Shown: positions 33,729 through 45,689 of the stretch, in pieces
Position numbering within the stretch: position 1 is the first letter of the stretch
Layout: every line of letters starts with the position of its first letter
Assembly: GCA_020061105.1 (NCBI GenBank)
Contig: JAGUYW010000034.1
Coordinates: 1,173-65,172 of the forward strand
DNA from: Anaerolineales bacterium
Lineage (GTDB): Bacteria; Chloroflexota; Anaerolineae; Anaerolineales; UBA4823
DNA: 64,000 bases
Direction of reading: 5' to 3'
Notes under the pieces: generated by a model
What the model was told of the DNA's origin: nothing
Seen by the model: only the letters and a program-made list of their open reading frames with translations
Database searches by the model: none
Program-made: the position numbers and the translations under genes

Positions 33729-34955
33729 CTACTCGTATCGCAACGCCTCCACCGGTTCCAGACTGGCAGCCCGATTAGCGGGGTAAATTCCAAAGAACAG
33801 GCCCACTGCTGTAGAAAACAAAGTCGCCAAAAGCACGGTATCGATCCCAATCGATGGATCGATCGGCGTACCGCGTGATAGTGCAATCTGCCCAACTGCA
33901 AAGGAAATCAGCGCCCCTAAAGCAATTCCCACCAGGCCGCCAATCATACTCAACAAGGAAGACTCAGTGAGGAATTGCACCAGGATATCCAGACGCCGCG
34001 CCCCCAGCGCTTTACGCAATCCGATTTCCCGCGTCCGTTCGGTGACCGACACCAGCATGATATTCATGATCCCAATGCCGCCGACCAGCAACGAAATAGC
34101 GGCAATCCCGCCCAGGAAGATCGTCAAGACGCTGGTAATTGTCGCCGCGGTAGCCAGGAAATCCTGTTGGGTGAGCACGGTGAAGTCATCGGCGCCGATT
34201 GCCGTGCGGTGACGCAAGCGCAAGATTTGCGAGATTTCATCACCGGCGCGGGAAACCGACTCAGCATCGGTTGCCTGGACGATCAACAAATCCACCCGGT
34301 CACGCGTGGCGCGGCGGATCAAGCGCGTTTGGGCAGTACTGAAGGGCACCAGAATGCGGTCGTCTTCATTGCCGAAGCCGCCGCCGCCTTTCGACTCGAG
34401 CACACCGATCACCCGAAATGGGCGTCCTTCTATGCGCACTGTCTCGCCCACCAGCCCAGAAGTTCGTCCGAATAGTTTTTCGGCCACATTGGGCCCCAGC
34501 AGCACAACGGAGGCCTGCCCAAGGATATGTTCTTCGGTAATAAACTCCCCTTCGGTGACACCCAGGTTACGCACCGGGCCGTAATCTGGGGTAACCCCCT
34601 CGACACGCGTGCTGGTGTTCTCTCCCCCAGCCGCCACACGAGCTTCGCCGCGCAAAACAGGCGCCACCGCGGCGATAGCAGTGGTTTGGAAAGGATCAGC
34701 AATCGCTTCGGCGTCTCCCAGGGTCAGCGGTTTGGGGTTGCGCACTTCTTGCGAGCCGCCCCGAAAAACAAACAACAAGTTTGTGCCAATATCCTGGATG
34801 GAGCCCGTGATAGTATTCTCAGCGCCGCGCCCGATTGATACAATAGCAATGACCGCTGCAACACCAATCACGATTCCAATAATGGTCAGCGCGGAGCGCA
34901 GTTTATTGCTGGCAAGGCTTTCCAGCGCCTCTAGTACAGCCTGTCCGAAATTCAT
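33729..34955 (-). CDS. ABC transporter permease, MacB/FtsX type
   Basis: 408 aa. Shows an N-terminal TM helix, a large extracytoplasmic domain, and the FtsX motif ERTREIGLRKALGA. Confidence 0.88.
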   Translation of the reverse strand: MNFGQAVLEALESLASNKLRSALTIIGIVIGVAAVIAIVSIGRGAENTITGSIQDIGTNLLFVFRGGSQEVRNPKPLTLGDAEAIADPFQTTAIAAVAPVLRGEARVAAGGENTSTRVEGVTPDYGPVRNLGVTEGEFITEEHILGQASVVLLGPNVAEKLFGRTSGLVGETVRIEGRPFRVIGVLESKGGGGFGNEDDRILVPFSTAQTRLIRRATRDRVDLLIVQATDAESVSRAGDEISQILRLRHRTAIGADDFTVLTQQDFLATAATITSVLTIFLGGIAAISLLVGGIGIMNIMLVSVTERTREIGLRKALGARRLDILVQFLTESSLLSMIGGLVGIALGALISFAVGQIALSRGTPIDPSIGIDTVLLATLFSTAVGLFFGIYPANRAASLEPVEALRYE

Positions 34956-35668
34956 GCCTGATCCTCCACCGCGCCATCGCGAATGCGAATGATGCGCTGA
35001 GTCTGAGAAGCCACACTGGGATCGTGCGTGACGATCACCAGCGTTGTGCCGCGTTCCTGGTTGAGCGAAAGCAGCAGGTTGAGAATTTCTGCGCCCGATT
35101 TGCTATCCAGGTTGCCGGTTGGTTCATCCGCCAGGATGATAGCCGGGTTATTGACCAGGGAGCGCGCAATCGCCACGCGCTGCATCTGCCCGCCTGAGAG
35201 CTCATTGGGGCGGTGGTAAATCCGGTCGCCCAGGCCAACCGCCTCCAGCGAAGCGCGAGCGCGATCTTTACGCCCACTGCTGGCCCCCGCGTAGCGCATG
35301 GGAAGTTCGACGTTCGCCAACGCTGTGGCGCGCGGCAGCAAGTTGAAACTTTGAAAGATGAAACCCACCTTGCGATTGCGGATTGACGCCAACTGGTCAT
35401 CTCGCATATTCGAAGCCAGTTCGCCATCCAGAAAATAATCGCCTGAAGTGGGGTGATCCAGGCAGCCGATGATATTCATCAAGGTAGATTTTCCCGAACC
35501 AGACGGCCCCATGACCGCCACCACTTCTCCACGCCTGACTTTAGCAGTCAGGCCGCGCAAAGCGTGCACCTGCACATCGCCCATTTGGTACACTTTCGTC
35601 AGTTCATGCGCTTCGATGACCCAGTCATCTGCAGATGGGGCAGCCTTTTCAAGATTCGTGTTTTCCAT
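34952..35668 (-). CDS. ABC transporter ATP-binding protein (MacB-like)
   Basis: 238 aa. Shows Walker [29 protein letters not shown] and VTHD. It overlaps the permease gene by 4 nt. Confidence 0.92.
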   Translation of the reverse strand: MENTNLEKAAPSADDWVIEAHELTKVYQMGDVQVHALRGLTAKVRRGEVVAVMGPSGSGKSTLMNIIGCLDHPTSGDYFLDGELASNMRDDQLASIRNRKVGFIFQSFNLLPRATALANVELPMRYAGASSGRKDRARASLEAVGLGDRIYHRPNELSGGQMQRVAIARSLVNNPAIILADEPTGNLDSKSGAEILNLLLSLNQERGTTLVIVTHDPSVASQTQRIIRIRDGAVEDQA

Positions 35669-35679
35669 AACTTTTACCT

Positions 35680-37077
35680 CTATCGTACGAAAGGCGGCGG
35701 GCCATTGCCCTCGAAGACCAGCGGCGGGTTGAGCACCAGCAGGTCGCCGGCTGACAAATTGCCTTCCAGGACTTCGCTGTTCAATTCAGACGATGCGCCG
35801 AGCTTGATCTCGACCGCCAGCAGTTGGTCGTTGCGCAGGATATAAACTACGCGCCGGCCCTCTTGCACACGGACTGCCCGGTTTGGAACCTGGAGCACAT
35901 TTTCGAACTGCTCTACGATGATATTCACAGCCGACGTCATTCCGGGTTTCACCGCCTCGTCGGCGTCGGTCAACTCGATGGTGACAGTAAAATCAACCAC
36001 GCCTTGAATGGAACTGCCCACCCGGTCTACCGTCATCACCACACCCTGGTATTGTTTGCCGGGAATGGCGTCGAAGGTCATGGTCGCCGGCTGGCCGACC
36101 TGCACCCGGTTTATATCTACTTCAGAGATGCGCACATCCACCAGCAAGCGTGACAAATCATCGATTTGAAAGGCAACTGAGCCCGGGGCTACCCGGTCGC
36201 CCGGGCGAGAGGATAGCGCCGTGATGCTACCGGCAAAGGGGGCGAGCACATTGGCCAATTTCAAAGTGGCCTGTGCGGCGGCAATGCGGGCTTCCGCATT
36301 GGTGATATCTTGCGGGTCTGGGCCGTTTTTCAGGCGCTCGACTTCGCGCTCGGCGTCAGCCAGGCGCGCCTGGGCGGCCTCTAAGGCGGCTTTGGCCTGA
36401 TCATGCTGCAGCAGCAATAGATCCCGCTGTCGAATAGCGTCTTCATACCGCAACTGGGCATCCTGTAAGTCCTTCTCCAGGCGCTTGCGAACCGAATTCT
36501 CCGGGTCAACATCTTCATACGGCTCAAAAGCTTTTTCGGCATCTTCGACAGACTTCTTAGTGCTGACAACCCGGTTTTCAGCGCGTTCCAGTTCGTTTTT
36601 ATAACGATCTTCGCTAAATCGCACCAAGGCTTGCTCGGCTTCGATCACCAGGCGGCGGGCTTCCAAGAGCGCCTGGGTGGATTGCGTTTTGGCCAACTGC
36701 GAATTCTTTAACTCTTGTAATGCTTTTTCGGCGTTATTCAGGTCAATTTGCGCCAGAATTACATTCTGCGGCAAGGAGGTGCGCTCAAGAGATGCCAGAA
36801 CTTGCTCTGCCCGAACCTGATCACCCAATTCAAAATTGACCTGTCCAACAGTTCCGGAGGTCTGCCAGGTCAAGAGCGCTGTTTGATTGGAATGCACCAC
36901 CCCAGTTGCGCCAATTGTGGATGTCAGGTTGCCACGCACTGCAGCAACGGTCTGGTAGGAGTCCAATTGCAAACGCGCCTGGCGAACCTGCCATTGCCAA
37001 ACAGCCAACGCAGCTAAGGCTAAAACTGCGATAATTATCAGAATGTTGATCCATTTCTTCATTGTATTCCTCTTCAA
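35680..37077 (-). CDS. HlyD-family membrane fusion protein
   Basis: 465 aa with an N-terminal TM anchor, a long coiled coil, and a C-terminal beta-barrel region. Confidence 0.8.
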   Translation of the reverse strand: MKRNTMKKWINILIIIAVLALAALAVWQWQVRQARLQLDSYQTVAAVRGNLTSTIGATGVVHSNQTALLTWQTSGTVGQVNFELGDQVRAEQVLASLERTSLPQNVILAQIDLNNAEKALQELKNSQLAKTQSTQALLEARRLVIEAEQALVRFSEDRYKNELERAENRVVSTKKSVEDAEKAFEPYEDVDPENSVRKRLEKDLQDAQLRYEDAIRQRDLLLLQHDQAKAALEAAQARLADAEREVERLKNGPDPQDITNAEARIAAAQATLKLANVLAPFAGSITALSSRPGDRVAPGSVAFQIDDLSRLLVDVRISEVDINRVQVGQPATMTFDAIPGKQYQGVVMTVDRVGSSIQGVVDFTVTIELTDADEAVKPGMTSAVNIIVEQFENVLQVPNRAVRVQEGRRVVYILRNDQLLAVEIKLGASSELNSEVLEGNLSAGDLLVLNPPLVFEGNGPPPFVR

Positions 37078-37276
37078 TATTTTTACAAAATCTAAGCAAA
37101 CTCTACTATTCTAACCCAAAAGGTTTGCTAGATAATCAAAGGAAGATTAATGTCGACTATAAAGTGACAACTGTCAGAAAAAAACGTGACATCTGGGACT
37201 GAAGCAGAACCGGTTTCCTCGTTATTATTTAATAGCCAAAATGGTTCATTTTGATCAAATCTTTGGAGGTAAACGA

Positions 37277-38713
37277 ATGAGGAAAATCCCCGGCGAGTTT
37301 CTTGCTATCGACCGAAAAGCGCGCGCCCGCAGCTTCTCTACGGATGTTCAGACCAGACCGGTCGCTGAAAGAATTTGTGATTTTAACGATGTAGTCATCT
37401 ACCTGACGCCTGAACTGGCGATGCAAGAGGCAGCGCGTTGTGTACAATGCCCCGATCCTGCGCCGTGTATGCTGGCCTGCCCAGCGCACAACGATATCCC
37501 ATCGGCAATGTGGCTGATCGAGCAAGGCCGGTTTCTGGAAGCCGCCGCCATCTACCGGCAGACCAGTTCACTGCCAGAGATCTGCGGCCGGGTTTGCCCT
37601 CACGAACAACTCTGCCAGGGTTCCTGCTCGCATAATAAGGCTACTGCACCGGTGATGACCGGCCCGCTGGAGGCTTTTGTCACCGATTACGAACGCCAGT
37701 TGTTAGGGGTGTCAATTCCGGTCGGTCAACCAAGCGGCAAGCACGTCGCCATCATCGGCGCCGGACCGGCAGGGCTGGCCTGCGCCGAGCAATTGGTGCA
37801 GCAAGGCCACCAGGTCACCATTTTCGAAGCCAAGCCCGGCCCGGGTGGCATGATCACCTACGGTATCCCGAACTTCAAACTGCCAAAGGAAGTTGTTTTC
37901 GAGCGCATTCACGACCTGGAAAAAGCAGGCGTCAAGATCGTCTACAACACCTATGTCGGCCCAGAAATGACCATCGACGACTTACTGGAAGGCGATTTCG
38001 ACGCCGTCTTTGTGGGCGTAGGCGCTCAGATCGACGCACCGATGGAAGTGCCCGGAGAAGACCTGCCAGGCGTCTATAAAGCCACCGAATTTTTGATGCG
38101 CGGCAACGTTGACCTGGAACTGCTGCCCCCCGAACTGCGTTCACTGCCCGAGGTTGGCAGAAAAGTGGTGGTGATCGGCGGCGGCGATACCGCCTCTGAC
38201 TGCCTGCGCACTGCCCTGCGGATGGGCGCTGAGGAAGTTGTCTGCCTGTACCGGCGCACCGAGAAAGAAATGCCCGGCGGCAGACACGATCGCGATCTGG
38301 CAAAAGAAGAAGGCGCTCAATACCAGTTCCTTACCCAACCGATCCGCTTTATTGCCGGACCTGACGGGCGCCTGGCCCAGGTTGAATGCATTCGCATGGT
38401 GTTGGGCGAGCCCGACGCCAAAGGCCGCCGCCGGCCTGTGCCGGTGGAAAACTCCAATTTCATCGTCGAAGCAGACTGCGCTGTCACTGCTGTCAGTTAT
38501 TGGCCTGATCCCACCATCGGCAAGACCACCCCTGACCTAAAAACCGACAAATGGGGCCTGATCTACGCCGATACCGAAACAGGCGCCACCTCCCGCCCAG
38601 GCGTCTATGCCGGCGGCGATGATGTTACTGGACCCAGCCTGGTGGTTACCGCAATGGTGGCAGGCCGCAAAGCCGCTGCAGCGATCGACCAATACCTGGC
38701 ATCCATCGAATAA
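37277..38713 (+). CDS. glutamate synthase small-subunit-like NAD(P)H oxidoreductase (GltD/NfnB/SudA family)
   Basis: 478 aa counted from ATG 37277 (SD GGAGGT). Shows two Fe-S Cys clusters (CVQCPDPAPCMLACP and CGRVCPHEQLCQGSC), the FAD fold IIGAGPAGLACA, and the second dinucleotide fold VIGGGDTASDC. Confidence 0.85.
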   Translation: MRKIPGEFLAIDRKARARSFSTDVQTRPVAERICDFNDVVIYLTPELAMQEAARCVQCPDPAPCMLACPAHNDIPSAMWLIEQGRFLEAAAIYRQTSSLPEICGRVCPHEQLCQGSCSHNKATAPVMTGPLEAFVTDYERQLLGVSIPVGQPSGKHVAIIGAGPAGLACAEQLVQQGHQVTIFEAKPGPGGMITYGIPNFKLPKEVVFERIHDLEKAGVKIVYNTYVGPEMTIDDLLEGDFDAVFVGVGAQIDAPMEVPGEDLPGVYKATEFLMRGNVDLELLPPELRSLPEVGRKVVVIGGGDTASDCLRTALRMGAEEVVCLYRRTEKEMPGGRHDRDLAKEEGAQYQFLTQPIRFIAGPDGRLAQVECIRMVLGEPDAKGRRRPVPVENSNFIVEADCAVTAVSYWPDPTIGKTTPDLKTDKWGLIYADTETGATSRPGVYAGGDDVTGPSLVVTAMVAGRKAAAAIDQYLASIE

Positions 38714-38773
38714 ACGAAAGCCTTGCTGCGCGACACGATTGGTGGTTGCAGCGCTTGAAACAAAAAATCAAAC

Positions 38774-38808
38774 CGGGCCTGGCTGAGCAACGTACTCAGC
38801 CAGGCCCG
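38774..38808 (+). terminator. 14-bp hairpin after the gltD-like gene
   Basis: CGGGCCTGGCTGAG / CTCAGCCAGGCCCG with a 7-nt loop. The T-tract after it is weak (ACGATTT). Confidence 0.55.
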
Positions 38809-38911
38809 ACGATTTAACACGCCCCAGAGCGAACCAGTCTGGCACACTGCGGTATAATAGAACGCCGTGCGCTATGGGCGTGCAATCCGAATTGCCACGA
38901 AAGAGACCCTT

Positions 38912-41377
38912 ATGGATATTGGTACCGTCGAGAACATGGATATTAACGAGCAAATGCGCGCCTCCTACCTGGATTACGCCATGAGCGTGATTGTGGCGCG
39001 TGCCTTGCCTGACGCCCGAGACGGGTTAAAGCCGGTGCACCGCCGCATTCTGTTTGCCATGCATGATATGGGCATTCGTTCCAATACGGCCTACAAGAAA
39101 TCTGCCCGCATTGTTGGCGAGGTGCTTGGAAAGTATCATCCGCACGGCGATGCGGCGGTTTATGACAGCATGGCGCGCATGGCGCAAGATTTCTCAATGC
39201 GCTACCTGTTGGTCGATGGGCAAGGCAACTTTGGCTCGGTCGACGGCGACGCCCCGGCCGCCATGCGTTACACCGAAGCGCGCCTGGCAGCTATTTCTGA
39301 AGAAATGCTGGCCGATATCGATAAACAAACCGTCGATTTTAGCGATAACTTCGACAGCTCTCTGAAAGAGCCACGGGTGCTGCCCGCCCGTCTGCCAAAC
39401 CTGCTGCTCAACGGCGCATCCGGGATTGCCGTGGGGATGGCGACCAATATCCCGCCGCATAACTTACGTGACCTGGCAGCAGCCATCACTTACGTGATCG
39501 AGCATTATGCTCGTATCGACGAAATCACCGTTGATGAACTGCTGCCCCTGGTGCCCGGGCCAGATTTTCCAACCGGCGGCATCATCATTGGCGACGAAGG
39601 CATTTTGCAAGCTTACAGCACGGGGCGTGGGCGGATTGTCCTGCGCGGTATGGCGCACATCGAAGAAATGGGCAGCAACCGCCATCGCATTGTGATCACA
39701 GAAATTCCCTACCAACTGAACAAATCCAGCCTGATCGAACGGATTGCCGAACTGGCGCGCGCTGAAAAGCTGGGCGATATCAGCGATTTGCGCGATGAAT
39801 CGGATCGCCGTGGTATGAGCATCGTAATCGAGTTAAAGCGCGGCGCGCAGCCGAAAAAAGTACTCAACCAGCTTTACAAATTCACCCCTTTGCAATCTAC
39901 ATTTGGTGTACAAATGCTGGCTTTGGTGAACGGCGAGCCGCGCTTGGTTTCGCTCAAACGCGCCCTGCAGATCTTCATCGAGCACCGCCAGGAAGTGATC
40001 ACCCGCCGGTCGCAGTATGAACTCGATAAGGCGCGCGAGCGCGCCCATATTCTGCAAGGATTACTGATCGCCCTGGCTAACCTGGATGATGTCATCCAGA
40101 CTATTCGTCAATCACCCGACGCCGATACAGCGAAAGAGCGCCTGATGGAGCGCTTCAAGCTCAGCGAACGCCAGGCGCAAGCCATCCTGGATATGCAGTT
40201 GCGCCGCCTGGCGGCTTTGGAGCGCCAAAAGATCGAAGATGAGCACAAACAGGTGCTTGAACGCATCGCTAACCTGGAAGACTTGCTCGCCAGCCCGTCG
40301 AAGATTCTCGATGTGATTCGCCAGGATACACAAGAAATAGCTGATAAATTTGGCGATGAGCGCCGCACACGCATTGCCCGCGACGCCCGCGAAGATTTTA
40401 GCGAGGCTGACCTGGTGGCTGATGAATTTGTGCTGATCAGCATCACCGAGCGCGGCTATGTCAAGCGCATGGCAGCCAAAGCCTTCCGCGCCCAGAGCCG
40501 TGGCGGGCGCGGCGTTACCGGGCACGCCACCAAAGATGAAGACGAGGTGCTAATCATCTTCCCCGCCCGAACCCTGGATACGGTGCTGTTCTTCTCGAAC
40601 CGCGGCAAGGTGTATTCCGAGAAGGCTTATCAGATACCAGACACAGACCGCGCTGGACGTGGTATTCCGATCGTCAATGTGCTCGATCTCAGCCCCGGCG
40701 AAACCATCACTGCGGCTGTGGCTGTGCCGAAGTTTGATGAAGGGCATTTTTGCGTCATGGCAACCCGCAACGGGCGCATTAAGCGCATCGCTTTGAGCGA
40801 ATTTGCCTCTGTGCGCCCTTCTGGCTTGATCGCCATCAACATAGATAACGGCGATGAACTGGGCTGGGTGCGCCCGACAGACGGCAACAATGAAATTATA
40901 CTGGTCACAGAGAAGGGGCAGGCCTTACGTTACGCAGAGACAGAAGTGCGCTCGATGGGACGCACCGCAGCCGGCGTGGCGGGTATTCGCCTGGAGAAAG
41001 GCGACTATGTGACAAGCATGGAAGTAATTGAGCCCAATGGAGATTTGCTGGTCATCACCAACGCCGGTTACGGAAAACGCACCTCGCTGCAAGAATACAC
41101 GCCCAAAGGGCGCGCCACAGGTGGGATTGCCACCATCGATAAGAAGAATCTGTCAAAGATTGGCTTGCTGGCATCTGCACGCGTTGTCCAGGAAGCGGAC
41201 GATCTGACAATTATTTCTACCGGGGGAGTGGCGCTGCGCACCCAGGTGAAGGATATTTCACAAACCGGGCGCGCTACCCGCGGCGTATTACTGATCAACC
41301 TGCAAGCGGGAGACAACGTGGCATCGCTTGCCCGCGTCGCCGCGGCAGACCTGCGCCGCATTGGCGCTACGGATTGA
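38912..41377 (+). CDS. gyrA: DNA gyrase subunit A
   Basis: 821 aa counted from ATG 38912. Shows [17 protein letters not shown], the catalytic region [10 protein letters not shown], and C-terminal beta-pinwheel repeats. Confidence 0.95.
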   Translation: MDIGTVENMDINEQMRASYLDYAMSVIVARALPDARDGLKPVHRRILFAMHDMGIRSNTAYKKSARIVGEVLGKYHPHGDAAVYDSMARMAQDFSMRYLLVDGQGNFGSVDGDAPAAMRYTEARLAAISEEMLADIDKQTVDFSDNFDSSLKEPRVLPARLPNLLLNGASGIAVGMATNIPPHNLRDLAAAITYVIEHYARIDEITVDELLPLVPGPDFPTGGIIIGDEGILQAYSTGRGRIVLRGMAHIEEMGSNRHRIVITEIPYQLNKSSLIERIAELARAEKLGDISDLRDESDRRGMSIVIELKRGAQPKKVLNQLYKFTPLQSTFGVQMLALVNGEPRLVSLKRALQIFIEHRQEVITRRSQYELDKARERAHILQGLLIALANLDDVIQTIRQSPDADTAKERLMERFKLSERQAQAILDMQLRRLAALERQKIEDEHKQVLERIANLEDLLASPSKILDVIRQDTQEIADKFGDERRTRIARDAREDFSEADLVADEFVLISITERGYVKRMAAKAFRAQSRGGRGVTGHATKDEDEVLIIFPARTLDTVLFFSNRGKVYSEKAYQIPDTDRAGRGIPIVNVLDLSPGETITAAVAVPKFDEGHFCVMATRNGRIKRIALSEFASVRPSGLIAINIDNGDELGWVRPTDGNNEIILVTEKGQALRYAETEVRSMGRTAAGVAGIRLEKGDYVTSMEVIEPNGDLLVITNAGYGKRTSLQEYTPKGRATGGIATIDKKNLSKIGLLASARVVQEADDLTIISTGGVALRTQVKDISQTGRATRGVLLINLQAGDNVASLARVAAADLRRIGATD

Positions 41378-41378
41378 A

Positions 41379-41621
41379 CTAAATTCCGGGAACTACTTTG
41401 CCGGTGATGAGCAAGACCAGGATGCTCCCCAGGCCTGTCAACACCAACAGCAAAAAAGACAGGATAAAGCGCTGGGCTGCCGTCAACCCCAGGATGCGCC
41501 GGTCAAAGGACAAAATGCGCGTGATAGGGTTGGGCTTGCGCGGCTCATCAAAGGCATCTTTATCAGGCTCTTCATCGAAGAAGGAGGCCTGGTCTGCTTG
41601 TTGGCGAAAATCGTCTAGCAT
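41379..41621 (-). CDS. small membrane protein, unknown function
   Basis: 80 aa with an acidic N-terminus and a single C-terminal TM helix (FILSFLLLVLTGLGSILVLLI). It lies directly downstream of birA on the same strand. Confidence 0.45.
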   Translation of the reverse strand: MLDDFRQQADQASFFDEEPDKDAFDEPRKPNPITRILSFDRRILGLTAAQRFILSFLLLVLTGLGSILVLLITGKVVPGI

Positions 41622-41639
41622 ATTGCGACTCCGTTTTGA

Positions 41640-42434
41640 TCAATCATCCAAAGGTCTCAGGCTCAACTCGCCCGTCACAAGGGTAGAAATTCGCCCATCC
41701 TGCTCGCGCACCTGCAACTGCCCGAATTCATCCAGGCCCAACACCTGCACCTGGCGGACGAGAGATTGAGCGCCTTCATTATATATCAAATTGACCCATT
41801 CATCACGAAAAGCCAGGCGCTCTTGCCAACGTCGCAAGAACTGCGCCTGGTCAATCCGCCGTCTCCAGATCACAATTTCTGCCAGGATCGCCCGCAGCAA
41901 TTCCCAACGCTCAATTTGCCGGTCTAAAGCGGCCTGGATGCTGATTGCCGGAAAACCCAATTCGCTGGTCGGCGGTTTTGCCGAGAGCCCGACATTGATG
42001 CCTACCCCTAAAATTGCTGCTTGCAACTGCGCCCCTTGCCAGCGCGCTTCTACCAGAACGCCCGCCACCTTGCGCTCGGATAATAAGACATCGTTCGGCC
42101 ATTTGATGTGCGCCTGCAGGCCATAGAGATCTTCCAACGCTTCGCATACTGCCAAAGCGCCCAATGCGGTCAGCTTGGCTGCCCAGCGCTCTGCCATATC
42201 CGGCTGGCGCAACACCAGGCTGAAAGCCAGCGCCGATCCTGGCGGGGTGAACCAGGCGCGTCCCAGGCGGCCGCGGCCGGCAGTTTGCTGGTCGGCTACC
42301 ACCAGGGATAGATCAGCAGCGCCCTGTTCAGCCCACAAGCCGGCGTCATCATTGGTCGAGCCAGTGGCTTCAAAATAGCGCACTTCTCCAAGCGGCAGTC
42401 CTTGCAAAATCTGCTCAAGCTGCTGGTTGTCCAT
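41640..42434 (-). CDS. birA: biotin--[acetyl-CoA-carboxylase] ligase (group I, no HTH)
   Basis: 264 aa. Shows the GRGRLGRAW biotin-binding motif and KWPNDV. Confidence 0.88.
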   Translation of the reverse strand: MDNQQLEQILQGLPLGEVRYFEATGSTNDDAGLWAEQGAADLSLVVADQQTAGRGRLGRAWFTPPGSALAFSLVLRQPDMAERWAAKLTALGALAVCEALEDLYGLQAHIKWPNDVLLSERKVAGVLVEARWQGAQLQAAILGVGINVGLSAKPPTSELGFPAISIQAALDRQIERWELLRAILAEIVIWRRRIDQAQFLRRWQERLAFRDEWVNLIYNEGAQSLVRQVQVLGLDEFGQLQVREQDGRISTLVTGELSLRPLDD

Positions 42435-42637
42435 GATAGGATTTTACCGCAAAAATAGGTCTGGTAAGATTACAACCCTTGTGGTATACTCTTGGGCGCT
42501 CCCGCCCCAGGCGGGAGATATCTTGCCTGAAAAAGGCCATATCCCACACGCTTCCCGATCGGACGAGGCGTGCCGCGCAAGCGGTGATCGTCCGAGTTGA
42601 AGGATGCGGCAGAACAACGCAAAGGAGAATATTTCGT

Positions 42638-43594
42638 ATGTCCCTAATCCCCATGAAGGCGCTTCTGGAGAGCGGCGTGCATTTTGGTCACCGCACCCAC
42701 AAATGGCACCCGTCCATGAAGCCGTACATCTTCACCGAACGCAACAGCATCCACATCATCGACCTGCAAAAGACCGTCAAAGCGCTCGACCAGGCTTACG
42801 CACTGGTGCGTGACACCGCGGCAGACGGCGGTAGCCTGCTCTTTGTAGGCACCAAACGACAGGCTCAAGAAACCATCCAGGAAGAAGCCATGCGGGCAGG
42901 TATGCCCTATGTGACGAATCGCTGGTTGGGTGGTATGCTCACCAACTGGCGCACGATCCGCGCCCGCATCAACGAGCTCGAACGCCTGGAACGCATGCGC
43001 GACAAGGGCGATTTCGAGCGCATTACCAAGAAAGAGGCCCTGCTGCTCACCCGCCAGATTGAACGCCTGGAAGTGCTTCTGGGTGGCATTCGCAACATGG
43101 CGCGCGTGCCCGAACTGCTTTTTGTGGTGGATGTCCGGCGTGAAGCAACCGCTATCCATGAAGCCAATCTTCTGAATATCCCGGTGATCGCCCTGGTGGA
43201 TACCAACTGCGACCCACGTGATGTGGATTATGTTATCCCATCTAATGATGATGCGATTCGCGCTATCAAGCTCCTGGTTGCAAAAATTGCCGATGGCGTG
43301 ATCGAAGGTAAAGCCATGCGCAAGGATATTGAAGAAGAACAGATTCAACCGGCTGCAGTTGCCATGCCAGGCATCGAAGAACCAGACCTGACCGATGAAG
43401 AACTGCTCGGCGCTGCAACGCTGGCAAAGATTTCCTCCAGTCGCCCGCCCGTCGCTGAATCTGAAGATGAGAAAACCGAAGAAGAGAATATCGTTGCCAA
43501 CGATGACGGCGAAGTCGATGAGCATGAGAAAGTTCAAGAAGAAGAAGAAGTAGAAGAAGAAGTAGAAATCAACGATGAAGAGGATGAAGAATAA
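42638..43594 (+). CDS. rpsB: 30S ribosomal protein S2 with long acidic C-terminal extension
   Basis: 318 aa counted from ATG 42638 (SD AAAGGAG). Shows [17 protein letters not shown] and VDTNCDP. The tail ends [18 protein letters not shown]. Confidence 0.95.
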   Translation: MSLIPMKALLESGVHFGHRTHKWHPSMKPYIFTERNSIHIIDLQKTVKALDQAYALVRDTAADGGSLLFVGTKRQAQETIQEEAMRAGMPYVTNRWLGGMLTNWRTIRARINELERLERMRDKGDFERITKKEALLLTRQIERLEVLLGGIRNMARVPELLFVVDVRREATAIHEANLLNIPVIALVDTNCDPRDVDYVIPSNDDAIRAIKLLVAKIADGVIEGKAMRKDIEEEQIQPAAVAMPGIEEPDLTDEELLGAATLAKISSSRPPVAESEDEKTEEENIVANDDGEVDEHEKVQEEEEVEEEVEINDEEDEE

Positions 43595-43596
43595 TC

Positions 43597-44978
<1,382 letters not shown>

Positions 44979-45113
44979 ATAGAGCTTTCCCCTTTCACTG
45001 CCTTCCCACTTTGGCATTTTTCGGGTATCCTATAGGTAAGTTGGAGAAACCCGCTTTTTTGGATATCTCCAATCATTAGGCAGATGACAACAGCCCGAGG
45101 TATGGAGGTATTG

Positions 45114-45671
45114 ATGCTTAAAGACATCTATAAAGAAGCCGAAGCGCGCATGAAAGGCGCCATCCAGGCATTGGAAGAAGATCTTTCGGGCATTCGCACC
45201 GGCCGCGCTCACCCCGCCCTGGTCGAAAAGCTGTCGGTCGAATATTTTGGCATGCCAACCCCCCTGATGCAGCTTGCCACGATCAGCGTGCCTGAGCCGC
45301 GCCAGATTCTCATCCGACCTTTCGACGCCTCCACCACACGCGCCATCGAACGCGCCATCCAGGCCTCCGATTTGGGTTTGACCCCCAATAACGATGGAAA
45401 GGCTATCCGCCTGAACCTGCCTCCCTTGACTGAAGAGCGCCGTCGCGACCTGGTGAAGGTGGTTCACCAGCGTGTGGAAGATGGGCGGGTGGCCGTGCGC
45501 AATGTGCGCCGTGACTTGATGAAGGATTTGCAGGAATTCGAAAAAGAGAAAATGATTTCAGAAGACGAGCAAAAAAAAGGCGAGGAAGAAATTCAAAAAA
45601 TTACCGATCGTTTCATCGAAGATATCGGCGCGGTTGGAGAACGCAAAGAAATAGAGATTCTCGAGGGGTAG
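45114..45671 (+). CDS. frr: ribosome recycling factor
   Basis: 185 aa counted from ATG 45114 (SD GGAGGT). Shows IRTGRAHPALVE, LNLPPLTEERR and NVRRD. Confidence 0.95.
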   Translation: MLKDIYKEAEARMKGAIQALEEDLSGIRTGRAHPALVEKLSVEYFGMPTPLMQLATISVPEPRQILIRPFDASTTRAIERAIQASDLGLTPNNDGKAIRLNLPPLTEERRRDLVKVVHQRVEDGRVAVRNVRRDLMKDLQEFEKEKMISEDEQKKGEEEIQKITDRFIEDIGAVGERKEIEILEG

Positions 45672-45689
45672 CCAAACCACGGCGAATGT

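Noticed and set aside
42644-43537. A 297-aa ORF on the - strand, together with the 246-aa ORF at 43534-44274.
   Set aside because: Both are antisense to rpsB and tsf. They have no motifs and are shadow ORFs.
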